Shown: one piece after another, positions 16,573 through 27,400 of the stretch
Numbering within the stretch: the first letter of the stretch is position 1
How the letters are laid out: each line of letters opens with the position of its first letter
Source: an uncultured virus (IMG/VR IMGVR_UViG_3300021131_000004)
Lineage: Duplodnaviria; Heunggongvirae; Uroviricota; Caudoviricetes
DNA: 64,000 nt
IMG/VR virus record: IMGVR_UViG_3300021131_000004
Direction: 5' to 3' (one strand)
The notes under the pieces: generated by a model
The model's input: only the letters and a program-made list of their open reading frames with translations
Database searches by the model: none
Told to the model about the DNA's origin: nothing
Made by a program: the position numbers and the translations under genes

Positions 16573-17394
16573 TTGTCGAAGACTGAAATCATAAGAAATC
16601 CAATTTTGAATGCCTATATGTATGATATATGCTTCAATTTGCCTGAGTCTGTTAAAAAAGACTTGCCTGTTTTTTATCGCAAAATTTTAGCCTCTCCGCA
16701 GAAGACTAAAAATTTTTGTGAATTCAGTAGCCTTGATACTAAGGTTCGATTTTTTCATGCCATAGGTCTGAATAATGCAATTACTATATTCCCGGATAAA
16801 GTTAAAAATGGCAGGGGTGTTCATGATCTTGTAATGAAGTATGAGGAAGAGAGATTAGCCTCTGCATCTAAAGAGCATTCTAATTTACAAGTGTTTGTGA
16901 CAACTGACAAGCAGACAGCGTTTTTGGTTGGGCTAATGGGTCAGACTGTTTATTCTAATAGCTATCTCTTAAATCTAGACTACAATAAGACAGGTTATCA
17001 TATTGAAAAATGGAGCACGAAAATTGATACCGTTAGTTCAAGGGAACTTGAGGATTGTGCAGAAAGTATCGATATTATTGCAAAGACAGTTGCCGAATCG
17101 TATTCATGCTTTAGTACTTCTGAAATATTATTTGGATTAAAGGATTTTGATATAAGTGTTTTATTGTATTTATTTATTAAAAGAAATATCTACGTTACTA
17201 GAGATAAGATTTGGGAGCAGTTTATAATGCAGTATCAAAAAAGGCATATTTATATGTCTATTAAAAGATTATTTCTTAATGATTATATAAAAAAACATCC
17301 AGACCAGGGTTCATTTAAATATACAATTTCTAGCCTTGGGATAGATATGGTGTTTAAATTTTTAAACAGGGTTGTAAAAGCCAATAATTTTTAA
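16573..17394 (+). CDS. Hypothetical protein with C-terminal winged helix (possible late regulator); start uncertain
   Basis: L...D..VL.YL...IKRL....YI.K......Y.IS.LG MarR-like pattern. Confidence 0.6.
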   Translation: MSKTEIIRNPILNAYMYDICFNLPESVKKDLPVFYRKILASPQKTKNFCEFSSLDTKVRFFHAIGLNNAITIFPDKVKNGRGVHDLVMKYEEERLASASKEHSNLQVFVTTDKQTAFLVGLMGQTVYSNSYLLNLDYNKTGYHIEKWSTKIDTVSSRELEDCAESIDIIAKTVAESYSCFSTSEILFGLKDFDISVLLYLFIKRNIYVTRDKIWEQFIMQYQKRHIYMSIKRLFLNDYIKKHPDQGSFKYTISSLGIDMVFKFLNRVVKANNF

Positions 17395-17396
17395 CT

Positions 17397-17696
17397 ATGA
17401 ATACAGACACAAGATTACCGCATCCGTTATTTGACGGAGTTATTATTTTACCTGATCCTGTTAAAAAAGAGATAGGTGGAGTACTTTTACCAGAAGCAAG
17501 TCAGCAGCAGCCATTAACAGGTATTGTAGCTGCTATTGGTGATGGAAGACAAGCACATGATACCGGTGAATGGATCAAGATGCAAGTAGAAATCGGAGAT
17601 AAGGTTCTCTTCAAAAGATTTACAGGTGCCCCAATATCATATAATGGTGTTGAGTACATCCTCATTCCTCAGACAGACATATTACTTTCACTTTAA
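17397..17696 (+). CDS. groES: Co-chaperonin GroES
   Basis: PLFD.VII, GGVLLPE, G.V.AIGDG, V.IGDKVLF..F.G, DIL. Confidence 0.95.
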   Translation: MNTDTRLPHPLFDGVIILPDPVKKEIGGVLLPEASQQQPLTGIVAAIGDGRQAHDTGEWIKMQVEIGDKVLFKRFTGAPISYNGVEYILIPQTDILLSL

Positions 17697-17705
17697 AATA
17701 AAACT

Positions 17706-19313
17706 ATGGGAACTCGTTCAATTCTTTACAACGAAGAAGCAAGAAAAGCAATTAAAAACGGTGTAGACAAAGTTGCTAATGCCGTTAAAGTTACGCTTGG
17801 GGCCAAAGGACGTACAGTTATTGTTGGTCATAAGTATGGATCTAAAATTACCAAGGATGGTATATCAGTAGCAAGAGCCATCAACCTTGAAGATGAAATT
17901 GAAGCTATTGGTGCAAATATTATTAAAGAGGTGTCTCAAAACACAGTGGCACAAGCTGGTGATGGTACAACTTCTGCGATGATCATCGCACAGGCCATCC
18001 TTCATGAAGGGTTTAAATTATCTGCTGCCGGACATAATACTACCGAGTTAAAAAGTGGTATCGATAAGGCCGTTAAAGCTGTAGTAGAGCAACTGAAAGT
18101 TATTTCTACACCTGTAGATGTTGACTCAGATAAGTTGAAACAGATTTCTATCATCTCTGCAAATAATGATGAAGAAATCGGAAGTAAAATTGCCGAGGCA
18201 TATAAGCTTACTGGTAAGGATGGCATCATCAGTATTGATGATAGCACCACAGGAGAGACTTATATCAAATCTGTAGAAGGTATGCAGTTTGAAAGAGGGT
18301 ATATTTCTCCATTTTTTGTAAATGATGAATCAACACTTAGTGTACAATTTGAAAAGCCATACATTCTTGTTTGTGCCGGTAAAATAAGTACAGGAAAAGA
18401 AATTCTTCCAATATTTGGTCAGGTAGTTAAATCTAACAATGCACCATTTTTAATCATCGCTGAAGATGTTGTTGATGAAGCACTTGGCATCATTCTAACC
18501 AATCGTATTAAAGGGCCTTATCCTATCTGTGTGATAAAATCACCTGGATTTGGTGACAATCAAATTGAAACATTAAGAGACATCTGTGCATTGACAGGAG
18601 CAACACTTGTAAATGATGAAACAGGAGTTAGATTGGATACTTTGACTTTAGAACAATTAGGAAAGTCTGATAAGGTTCTTGTAACCAAGGATGAGACTAC
18701 AATTGTTGGCGGTGCCGGAGATAAAAATGGTATTGAAGCAAGAAAAGATTTTATTCGTAAAAGTATTGAGCAATCTCCTGACGAGCGTGAACAGAATTTA
18801 TTCAGAAACAGACTTGCAAAATTAAGTGGCGGTATTGCCATTCTTTATGTGGGTGCATCTTCAGAAGTTGAATTGGGTGAAAAGAAAGATCGTTGCGATG
18901 ATGCACTGAGAGCCACAGGAGCCGCTCTAGAAGAGGGTATCGTTCCAGGTGGTGGAATTGCTCTTATTCGTTGCGATAGTATTCTTGAAAATTTACCATT
19001 CGATAATGATGGTGAAAGAGAAGGCATTAAATTAATCAGAAGAGTGTTATCTGCACCATTTAGACAGATGGTAGAGAATTCAGGACTAGATATTAACATC
19101 AGCAATATTTTGTCTCTTTCTCAAAATTTTGGTTATAACTTTAAGACTGATAAGGTGGAAGATTTAGTAGAGAGTGGTGTTGTCGATCCTACGAAAGTTG
19201 TAAGAGTGGCTTTAGTGAATGCAGCGAGTGTATCAGGTGTTCTATTGACATCAGAATCACTTATCGTTAATGTGGATGATCCAAATCAAATCATGCCTCA
19301 ATTTAAAAGATAA
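17706..19313 (+). CDS. groEL: Chaperonin GroEL
   Basis: AVKVTLGAKGR, ITKDG, AGDGTT, EGMQFERGYISP, KSPGFGD, EEGIVPGGG, GVVDPTKV. Confidence 0.98.
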   Translation: MGTRSILYNEEARKAIKNGVDKVANAVKVTLGAKGRTVIVGHKYGSKITKDGISVARAINLEDEIEAIGANIIKEVSQNTVAQAGDGTTSAMIIAQAILHEGFKLSAAGHNTTELKSGIDKAVKAVVEQLKVISTPVDVDSDKLKQISIISANNDEEIGSKIAEAYKLTGKDGIISIDDSTTGETYIKSVEGMQFERGYISPFFVNDESTLSVQFEKPYILVCAGKISTGKEILPIFGQVVKSNNAPFLIIAEDVVDEALGIILTNRIKGPYPICVIKSPGFGDNQIETLRDICALTGATLVNDETGVRLDTLTLEQLGKSDKVLVTKDETTIVGGAGDKNGIEARKDFIRKSIEQSPDEREQNLFRNRLAKLSGGIAILYVGASSEVELGEKKDRCDDALRATGAALEEGIVPGGGIALIRCDSILENLPFDNDGEREGIKLIRRVLSAPFRQMVENSGLDINISNILSLSQNFGYNFKTDKVEDLVESGVVDPTKVVRVALVNAASVSGVLLTSESLIVNVDDPNQIMPQFKR

Positions 19314-19317
19314 TCCT

Positions 19318-19935
19318 ATGATTCACTTTTTATTATTATTCGGAATGCTGTCACTATTGGCAGCATTCTTTATTATCTCCTTCTATCATTTAACCAGACA
19401 CTGGATAATCATTGAACCTAATGGAAGTAAAACCATAAGTGGAGACCTTTTAAAATGGTGGAGTTATTATTGGGAGTATAGGCTTGAGGATGAAAAAGAA
19501 TTTTATATAGGCGATTCGTTTTCTTTTAAGATAAAAGAATTGGAAAGGTTATATGGAAATATACATCTTAATTATTCAGTTATTTCTGATCATTACTTAG
19601 TTCTGCCTCTAGAAGTGGTTGGTAAAATTCCAGAATTAGAGTTGGCGTTAGGATGTAAATTTCAATACGCAGGTGACTTCAGATACTTGCTATACATAGA
19701 AAAAGAGACTTATGCCCTTCCTGAGTGGGTGAGGAAACCAATAAGTCAATGTTACATCTGTATGTCCTCTGTCTACGGCAGTTTGTTCTGGTGGGGGTTC
19801 ATTTTCCTTCAGAAGGATGCATTTTTATGGTCAAATGAACCAAAAACAACTTATTTTTTATTTTGGATGATATTTATCGTATTTTTATCAGGAATTTTGC
19901 GTATAGTAGGAAAAAAATCTTTCGAGTATGTGTAA
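19318..19935 (+). CDS. Multi-TM membrane protein with CxxC motif
   Basis: N-terminal TM, KPISQCYICMSSVYG, two C-terminal TMs. Confidence 0.7.
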   Translation: MIHFLLLFGMLSLLAAFFIISFYHLTRHWIIIEPNGSKTISGDLLKWWSYYWEYRLEDEKEFYIGDSFSFKIKELERLYGNIHLNYSVISDHYLVLPLEVVGKIPELELALGCKFQYAGDFRYLLYIEKETYALPEWVRKPISQCYICMSSVYGSLFWWGFIFLQKDAFLWSNEPKTTYFLFWMIFIVFLSGILRIVGKKSFEYV

Positions 19936-20098
19936 TTGTGGTAATAATAATCAACAATCGCCTCAGCAGAGAGTAGTAAATACTCCGGTTCGTACATATA
20001 CGCCAACACAAGCACCTGCTGCGAGTGCTAGTAATACGCAACGTATTTTACAGCGTCAATTTAATGCACCAATTAAACCGAGGGATAAGTATCGATAA
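19928..20098 (+). CDS. Small protein MCNCG... (56 aa)
   Basis: Hand-translated; overlaps upstream stop and is TAATG-coupled to the next gene. Confidence 0.6.
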   Translation: MCNCGNNNQQSPQQRVVNTPVRTYTPTQAPAASASNTQRILQRQFNAPIKPRDKYR

Positions 20099-20754
20099 TG
20101 CCAAAGCAATTGAAATATGTCGCTCAACAATGTCTTGACTTGTTCTATCAGAACTATAAGTCGGATGTTGATTTTTGGGTATTATCTGATGCCATAGAAT
20201 TTGCAGGTAATGCAGCCGCAGGATTATACCAGGAATTTTATCAGCAAGAGTATGCGATGCTCAGATCCGAAGTGAAAGATAGCGTGATTCAGTTTGATAC
20301 AGGGTGGTTGGACGAACAGATTTTGCCTGTTAAAACAGAGGATGGTATTGTAAGTGCTGAGTTGAAGTATCCTGTGATGACGTTCCCTTATGACCGCCAA
20401 CAAATAGGCATACAAAATGTAATTTATAAACAGCAAGATTTAGATAGAATATCTTTTTCCGCTGCTTACCAATTGAAATATTTACCTGTTACACCTAATA
20501 TGTTTTTTTATGGTGACAGGAAAAGAATAGTCATCTGCAATACAGGAACAAGGACTATAGATGAGGTCAGGGTTTTATATGTTCCTAGTATGAATGCCGA
20601 AGCAAATATTCCAGATGGAATTATTGAAAAGGTAGAGATGGCCACATTAAACTTAATGAGACAAGCTGCGGATAAAACGGTTGTGAAGAAATCTTTGGAT
20701 CATAATGTAAATAAGATTTTGGAAACAGAAATCGATAAATCGGCACTTAAATGA
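20098..20754 (+). CDS. Putative tail ring/adaptor protein
   Basis: Size, position and helix-beta-helix layout resemble crAss-like ring proteins. Confidence 0.5.
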   Translation: MPKQLKYVAQQCLDLFYQNYKSDVDFWVLSDAIEFAGNAAAGLYQEFYQQEYAMLRSEVKDSVIQFDTGWLDEQILPVKTEDGIVSAELKYPVMTFPYDRQQIGIQNVIYKQQDLDRISFSAAYQLKYLPVTPNMFFYGDRKRIVICNTGTRTIDEVRVLYVPSMNAEANIPDGIIEKVEMATLNLMRQAADKTVVKKSLDHNVNKILETEIDKSALK

Positions 20755-21854
20755 CACAATCTGGACAATACACTTTAACGGAGATTACTGAAGAGTACTT
20801 AGCCGAGCGACAAATCGACAAAAAGAAATATTTTGCCGGATATCTTATTCATGCCAAGATATCCTGGCGTAGGATATTTACTCGGACAATATTTTCTGTT
20901 CAAAGCCAGTGGGAGCCTCTTAAGAATGATGGGAATCATTATTACATAAATATCCCTACGGGACTTTCAAGACTTTTTTCTATTTCAGAGCAGAATAAGT
21001 GTGGTGAGATAATTCCTCTTTATTATAACGAGGTGATGAACGCAATACCTATGCCAGAGCAAAAGGCGTGTAGCTGCGGTAATTGTGCATGTAATGATGC
21101 ATGTGAATTAGTTAACGGGGTTACTCTTACTACTAAGGTTTTATTTACAATTAACAACATTGATTACATAGAAAAAACATGGACTAGAGTTTGTCCTAAT
21201 GGAGATGTAATTGAGTACAGAGAAATACCTACAAAAAAATATAATGATACTATTGGAGATGCCGGAGATTATAATCCAGACTACAATAATGACTATCTTA
21301 TTGGTAATCCTCCATTCTCTAATTTTACAATTGTAAATGAAATTAGGCAAAATGTAATTTGTAAAATGGAGGTGGCCCCATGTGGATGTATTATTGATAA
21401 CGATGCTAATATTGAAAATTTCAATAAAATTGTTGGTTTTAATACTGAGTGGTGGGGTAAATGTGGGAATGGTAAAAAATGCGAATCGAAAGGGAATATT
21501 AATAATAATGATCGTGGAGAAGTAAAGGCTAGTCCTTGTGGTACAAAGATTTTATACTTCCCTAGTAAGCATCATGATGACAAACATGAAAAGTTACCTA
21601 GTTTTTTATTGGTAAATTTTCAAACAAGCGGAGATAGTTGTAATTCTCAGGTTCTTGTTCCATCTTATGCGGTAGATTGCATGAAATTTGGTATTGACTA
21701 TCATTATAAAAGATTTAATAATTCATTTAGTAGATTTGATAAGAAGGCAGCGGAATATGCTTTTGTAGATGCGGAAAATGAAGTAATAAGATTTTTAAAT
21801 CCAATCAATCTTGATTTCTTAGCACAGGTTCAAGATGCAAAAATATTATTTTAA
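20751..21854 (+). CDS. Putative tail ring/tubular protein with Cys-rich insertion
   Basis: 367 aa, coupled to upstream gene, VLVP.YA..C...I.Y C-terminal motif. Confidence 0.5.
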   Translation: MTQSGQYTLTEITEEYLAERQIDKKKYFAGYLIHAKISWRRIFTRTIFSVQSQWEPLKNDGNHYYINIPTGLSRLFSISEQNKCGEIIPLYYNEVMNAIPMPEQKACSCGNCACNDACELVNGVTLTTKVLFTINNIDYIEKTWTRVCPNGDVIEYREIPTKKYNDTIGDAGDYNPDYNNDYLIGNPPFSNFTIVNEIRQNVICKMEVAPCGCIIDNDANIENFNKIVGFNTEWWGKCGNGKKCESKGNINNNDRGEVKASPCGTKILYFPSKHHDDKHEKLPSFLLVNFQTSGDSCNSQVLVPSYAVDCMKFGIDYHYKRFNNSFSRFDKKAAEYAFVDAENEVIRFLNPINLDFLAQVQDAKILF

Positions 21855-21869
21855 AATAAATTTTTAATT

Positions 21870-22646
21870 ATGCCAGGAGCAGATATGATATCAGCAGGAA
21901 TAGGTGAAGCTATATCAATTGGCGAAACCGTTGCAGGACTTATCGGACAAGGCAAGGCTAAGAAAGAAGGAGAACGACTTTCTAAAACGAGACCTAAGAG
22001 ACAAATAAGCCAATATGCAAAAGATGATTTAGCACTTAGCGAAAGCGAGTTATCTAATCCAATGAGTGCTGCTGCGGATAGAGCGTATCAGACTCAAGCG
22101 GATAAGGCGTTTGGCACATCTATAGGTGCTATTACAAGAGGTGGTGGTGGTGTCAATAATATAGGAGATATTTATTCTAGGGGGGAGGAAGCTGCTGCAA
22201 ATCTTGCTATTTTAAAAGACCAATCTAGACTTCAAAGAGTAAATAATGCTCTTCGTTCATATCAAATGATGAATGAAGAAACACAGGCTGATTTTGCATT
22301 CAATGAAGTTGCTCCTTGGAAGGATGCTGCTGCTGCAAATGCACAGAAAAAAGCCGCTGCTGATTCTATGGTAGCACAAGGAATTGGGTCTGCTGGTAGC
22401 CAAGCAATGAGCTTCGCAGAGGGAAAATCGGCATCAAGTGCTTACGATAAATATTTCGGTAATAATATGGGTCAACAAGCACCGCAAACAGTTATGCCCG
22501 GAAGTACTGATATGATGACATCAGGTGCACCGAAAAGTTTCGGTGGTGGCGGTGGACTTAATGCAGGTATGATATCAGGATTAGGGTCTGGAACCGGAGC
22601 AGGTATTGGGGCATCTATGGGTGATGCAATGATGTTAGCAATATAA
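21870..22646 (+). CDS. Putative ejection/cargo protein 1 (Gly/Ala-rich)
   Basis: GA-rich termini, helical core, first of successive cargo-like genes. Confidence 0.6.
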   Translation: MPGADMISAGIGEAISIGETVAGLIGQGKAKKEGERLSKTRPKRQISQYAKDDLALSESELSNPMSAAADRAYQTQADKAFGTSIGAITRGGGGVNNIGDIYSRGEEAAANLAILKDQSRLQRVNNALRSYQMMNEETQADFAFNEVAPWKDAAAANAQKKAAADSMVAQGIGSAGSQAMSFAEGKSASSAYDKYFGNNMGQQAPQTVMPGSTDMMTSGAPKSFGGGGGLNAGMISGLGSGTGAGIGASMGDAMMLAI

Positions 22647-22660
22647 TTAAAAAATAAGAC

Positions 22661-24460
22661 ATGCCTACAGGAGTCGAAAATATATTAGGATACAAAGGAG
22701 ATGCAGCACAAGGAATTGGGGCTAATGCAAAGGGATGGACTATTGATCCTACGCAGCAGTTAAGTGCTATTCAAAAGACTGGTAATGACATCATGTTACT
22801 TGATGCTCAGAGGGCTGTTAAAATGTTTGACCAAAAGGTTAGAGATAGAGATGATCTATATAAATTATTAGATGAGGGACAGGTACAGGCAGGAGAAATA
22901 GATCCTAAATATAGAAGTGAATTCGATAAGGCTGAGAAGGAATCTAAAGATGCTTTTTTAAAAATAAAAGGCCCTAATGATGATGAGGGTCGAATGAATT
23001 ATTTAGCCAAGGTAAGAGCATTGAAAGATGTCACTACACATGCACAAAGTAAGACATTAGAAAAAGCAAAATTAGAACAGGAGTTAGCGAAACAAACTTC
23101 TCCTGCAATGATTAAAGCTTACGAAAAACATATCAAAGGCCAGGAGGATAAACCTTTTTGGGATATGTATGATCCATTCCATCCTACTCCACAATATAGC
23201 ATGGACTTTATTAAAATGGGTCTCGATGGTTCTGTCTCTACACCAGGTATTTCAGCACCAACTGCCACTACAAGTAAAACAACACAAACTACTAAAGACG
23301 GAAAGACTTCTACTACTCAAACGCAAACTTCTGCACCTGTAAAAGGTAAAGGGGTGCAACCTGTAATGACCGGAGAAACGCAAACCGGAACAGATGCTTT
23401 GGGTAGAACAATTACCTCTACAGAAACAAAAGTTGACTACGGAAAAATTCAAGATAATATTGCTAAGTTGTATCTATCAAATCCTGATCAGAGATACAAC
23501 ATGGAAGAGACTTTCAAAAAGATTCAGCAAGACCCTACAGCAGGTAAAGATGTGATTGAACACATGCAACAAAGGTTTGCCGAGTATAATAAAGAAAATG
23601 GATTTGATGAGAATAATCCTAATGCTTTGAAATTTACTGTAGGTAAAAATACTACAGATAGTATCGTTGAAATGAGGGGTGCTAATGGCGAGTTGGTTGG
23701 ATATCATATTAATATGCCAATACCGAAATTTGCGGCAATGATGACCCTTGCAGAGCATCCTGGTAAGTACGTTGAAAGGTCTAGTCAGTGGGATAAAGAT
23801 ACTGATATGTGGAAGTTGGCATTGAAGAAAGAAAAAGATGCCAATGAAATAGGATGGGCTAGGATAGCTGAGATGAGAAGGATGAATAATGCAAAGATTG
23901 CAAAATTAAAAACTGAAGGCGAACAGGATCAGGCAATGGCTCAGTTATGGGATAAAAATCATGCAGAGCAAAAGAATTTTATTCGTTTATATCCTACAGG
24001 TGCATCTCCATCTGGTCAGGCATTTATAGAATCAAAAATCCCTGCTAATAAATCTCTTCCAGTGTTCTTTGTAGGACAAAATGGTAAGCCGGAACTTTTG
24101 ATACCTAAAGGGGCTACTGTTATTAAAAATAAAGCAGGTAATATTATTTCTTACGAAGGAGGTTCATTTGATATCAAGTACACCGATCTTACCGGAAATC
24201 CTGTAGATGCATCTTTCCTAGAACAGAAGTATAATGATTATTTAAGTATGACTCCTAATATAAAGGATAGAGTTAACTTTGAGGATTATGTAAAGACATT
24301 GGTAGAAAGGAATAAAATTGATTATAGAATAGAGGGAGAGAATGGTGCAACTGATAGACAAACTTCATTCTCTGCACAAAAAATTATTTCAAACAAGGAT
24401 ACTAAGAAAGGGCAAACTACACCTTGGGCTGATGTAACAGATGAAAATCAAGAGGAATAA
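22661..24460 (+). CDS. Putative ejection/cargo protein 2
   Basis: 599 aa, helical, no Cys; follows cargo 1. Confidence 0.55.
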   Translation: MPTGVENILGYKGDAAQGIGANAKGWTIDPTQQLSAIQKTGNDIMLLDAQRAVKMFDQKVRDRDDLYKLLDEGQVQAGEIDPKYRSEFDKAEKESKDAFLKIKGPNDDEGRMNYLAKVRALKDVTTHAQSKTLEKAKLEQELAKQTSPAMIKAYEKHIKGQEDKPFWDMYDPFHPTPQYSMDFIKMGLDGSVSTPGISAPTATTSKTTQTTKDGKTSTTQTQTSAPVKGKGVQPVMTGETQTGTDALGRTITSTETKVDYGKIQDNIAKLYLSNPDQRYNMEETFKKIQQDPTAGKDVIEHMQQRFAEYNKENGFDENNPNALKFTVGKNTTDSIVEMRGANGELVGYHINMPIPKFAAMMTLAEHPGKYVERSSQWDKDTDMWKLALKKEKDANEIGWARIAEMRRMNNAKIAKLKTEGEQDQAMAQLWDKNHAEQKNFIRLYPTGASPSGQAFIESKIPANKSLPVFFVGQNGKPELLIPKGATVIKNKAGNIISYEGGSFDIKYTDLTGNPVDASFLEQKYNDYLSMTPNIKDRVNFEDYVKTLVERNKIDYRIEGENGATDRQTSFSAQKIISNKDTKKGQTTPWADVTDENQEE

Positions 24461-24470
24461 ATTATAAACT

Positions 24471-27400
24471 ATGAGCAAATCTGTAAGAGAAAATAAAAGG
24501 GTTCCAGACGCAATAGATTTATCATTTAGCGGAAGTGCCGCTATGCCTCAACAAGAAGTATCAAAAGAGCCTACACAAAAAAAAGGACCTGCTGATGCCA
24601 TTGATATGTCATTTGATGGAGATTTAAAAAAAAAAGATACTCTTTTAGGATCTTCCGCACCTTCATCGACATTACAATCTCAACAAGCACAACCAGGTAA
24701 CACCATTGCTTCTACTCCTGTTGATAATACTCCTAAACCAAAGACAAGAGAAGATTATTTCAAAGGAATTAAGGATGTTGTTTCTAACAACTACGCTGAT
24801 CTTGACGTAAGTGCTAAGAAAAGTAACATCAACCTTAAGCAGGTAGTAATGACTGCTGAAAAAGGTAATGCAGAGTCCTTGGTGACACTGCGTAAATTAG
24901 TTGCTGCAAATTTTGATAAGAAGATAAGTGAATCTACAACACCCTCTAATTTTTCAGCATTTAGTACAGGAGGATTTGGACAACCTATACAAAGTGTTAC
25001 TTCAGGAAAAAATGCCAATCAAGTAAAACTTGAGCAAGAGAAAAATGCGGCATTAAAATCATTAAATGAATTTGGTTCTGTAGCACTTACTAATGATCAT
25101 AAAAAAGTTGCTGGTAATAATATTGATAAAATTGATTTTGTTGCTCTTGGTAGAGACCATCAAAAATATTTTGGCGAAGAAGAAGAAACTAGGCAGCAGC
25201 AACTTGCACAGAAATCTAAATTAGGCATTGCTAAAATAGCCAAGGATAACATTAATTTCAACTACGCATCTATTGGTGTTGGTAATGCTATCCATGACGA
25301 AGAAATGACCTATAATGAACTTAAGGAGGCTGTTAAGAAAGATCCTACACTTGCTCCTAAGTTAGAAGAAAGTAAAAACCAGTTAAATAAACTTTACGAC
25401 AAGCAAAAAAATCTATTCAATGAATATCCTGAAGTAAGAAAACAATATGTTGCTCAGGTGTTAGGTGATAAGATTGCAGAGCAAAATAAAGCTTTTAATC
25501 TTTATGTAAGTAAAGATGATATCATAAAAGCCGCTGATGCAATTGAAAAAGAACATGGTGCAAAATTACCTGCTAATTTCAAGTCAGATGTAAATTCTTT
25601 AATGGATGAAACAGGAGGATTTTTCGGAAATACTTCTCCGGTACCTGGACAAGGATTCAAAGGAGCGATGGATAGGGCTGCTGTAGGAACAGGACTTGGT
25701 ATTTATGGTTTATTGCACATAGGATCAGAAGAAGACAGAGCAGCAAGAAAAGTAGCACTTCAAAGCATGGCCTTTAATAAAGGAACTTCTGAGTCTGGAG
25801 CGACAAAAGAAGTAATGACAATTTCCGATGATGGCAAAACCTATATCCCAAAAAATAACGAAGAAAACTTTCATCATTTTAATCCACTAGATAATCCTGC
25901 TGCTGCTTTTAATAACTACATGCGTGTAGCAGGAGGTGCTGTGCCTATGGTTGCCGAGTTTATGGCAACAGAAGCTGTTACAGGAGGTATCGGTGGTGTA
26001 ATTGCTGGAATTGGAGAAGCGGCAGCGGCACCAGTCGCATTAGTTGATGCAGGTGTAGCTGCTAACATAGCACAAAAATTTGCTTTCTCTGAAAAAACAA
26101 TGGAAGTGGCAAAAAAAGCTGCTAGTTTTTTTGTTACAGGGTTTGATGAAAATCATGATCGTTCTAGTGAGTTGATAAAGGGTGAAGGTATTGTTGCTGA
26201 TACCAAAAGAAATGCGATGGCAGCAGGGTTGACGATGCTAGATATGTTATCATTTGAATTGGTTGGTACTAACGTATCTCAAATAGTAAAAGGGTCAATT
26301 AAGAAGGCTGTAGCTAAAGATTTAGCGGAACATATTGAAAAAGTTGGAGTGGAAGGGTTAACAAGTAAATCAACCTTTATAGATCCTTTAATTAAATCTT
26401 ATGTCCCAAGGTTAGTGACTGCATTAGGTAAAGAAGGTGCTAAGATGGGTGTTGCTACTGCGGTACAAACTGCATTAAAAGATATGGCATCTATTGCAGC
26501 AGACCCTAATCATAAAATGACTCCAGTTTCGGAGTATGCAGACATAGTTACCGAGTCTGCAATAACAGGGATTGCACTTGGTCTTCCAGGTCATGTTTGG
26601 AATACAGAAAGTAAAACATTAAATTCATTAAATAGAGATGCATTATTTGATGCTGCTCAAAACTCTGATAAATATATTCGAAAATATAACCAGGCTGTTG
26701 TTGATGGGAAGATGACAAGACAACAAGCTAATGAAGCTATCAAAGTGGTTAACACTGCAAAATCGGAATATAATAATCGTGAAAATAGAGTTGATAAAAA
26801 TGGTAAGCCGTTAAATGATAGTAAGGTTAAAAAGATCATTGCTGATAGATTTTTACAGAGAGCTACAGAATTAGTAGAAGATAAGGCAGAAAGAAATAAA
26901 TTACGTGAGTCAACACAAAAAAGAATTGATGAAATAAAAGCTAGTGAAGATTGGGTAAATATCAATGAGACCCCATTGATAAAAGAAATGGGTATCAGAA
27001 CTATTGGTGATGGAAGACAGTCATACGCTGTTGATAAAATTGAGGATATAGATCCTGCGGCAGATTATATCATTAGTGGAGAGAAGGGTAAGAAGACAGG
27101 AGCCGAAGTTATCGACATGATTGAAAAAAAAGCACAAAACTATAAACATGAAGAAGCTAAAACATCCGAAGGTGAAGAAACCCCTGATCAAAAGGCCGCT
27201 AGAGAAAAAGCCGAGTCTGAAGCATCCCAAAGTAAGGTAACATTTACTGGTAAGGATAATAATTTCTTGGCCAACACAGAGCCTAATTTCTTCACTCCAG
27301 AAGAGCGTGAGAAGTACAATGAGTTAATGAAGACTCCAGAGACAGCAGATGAAGCTGCCGATATGGTTTCTAAAAGAAAAGAAGAACTCCGTAATCAAAA

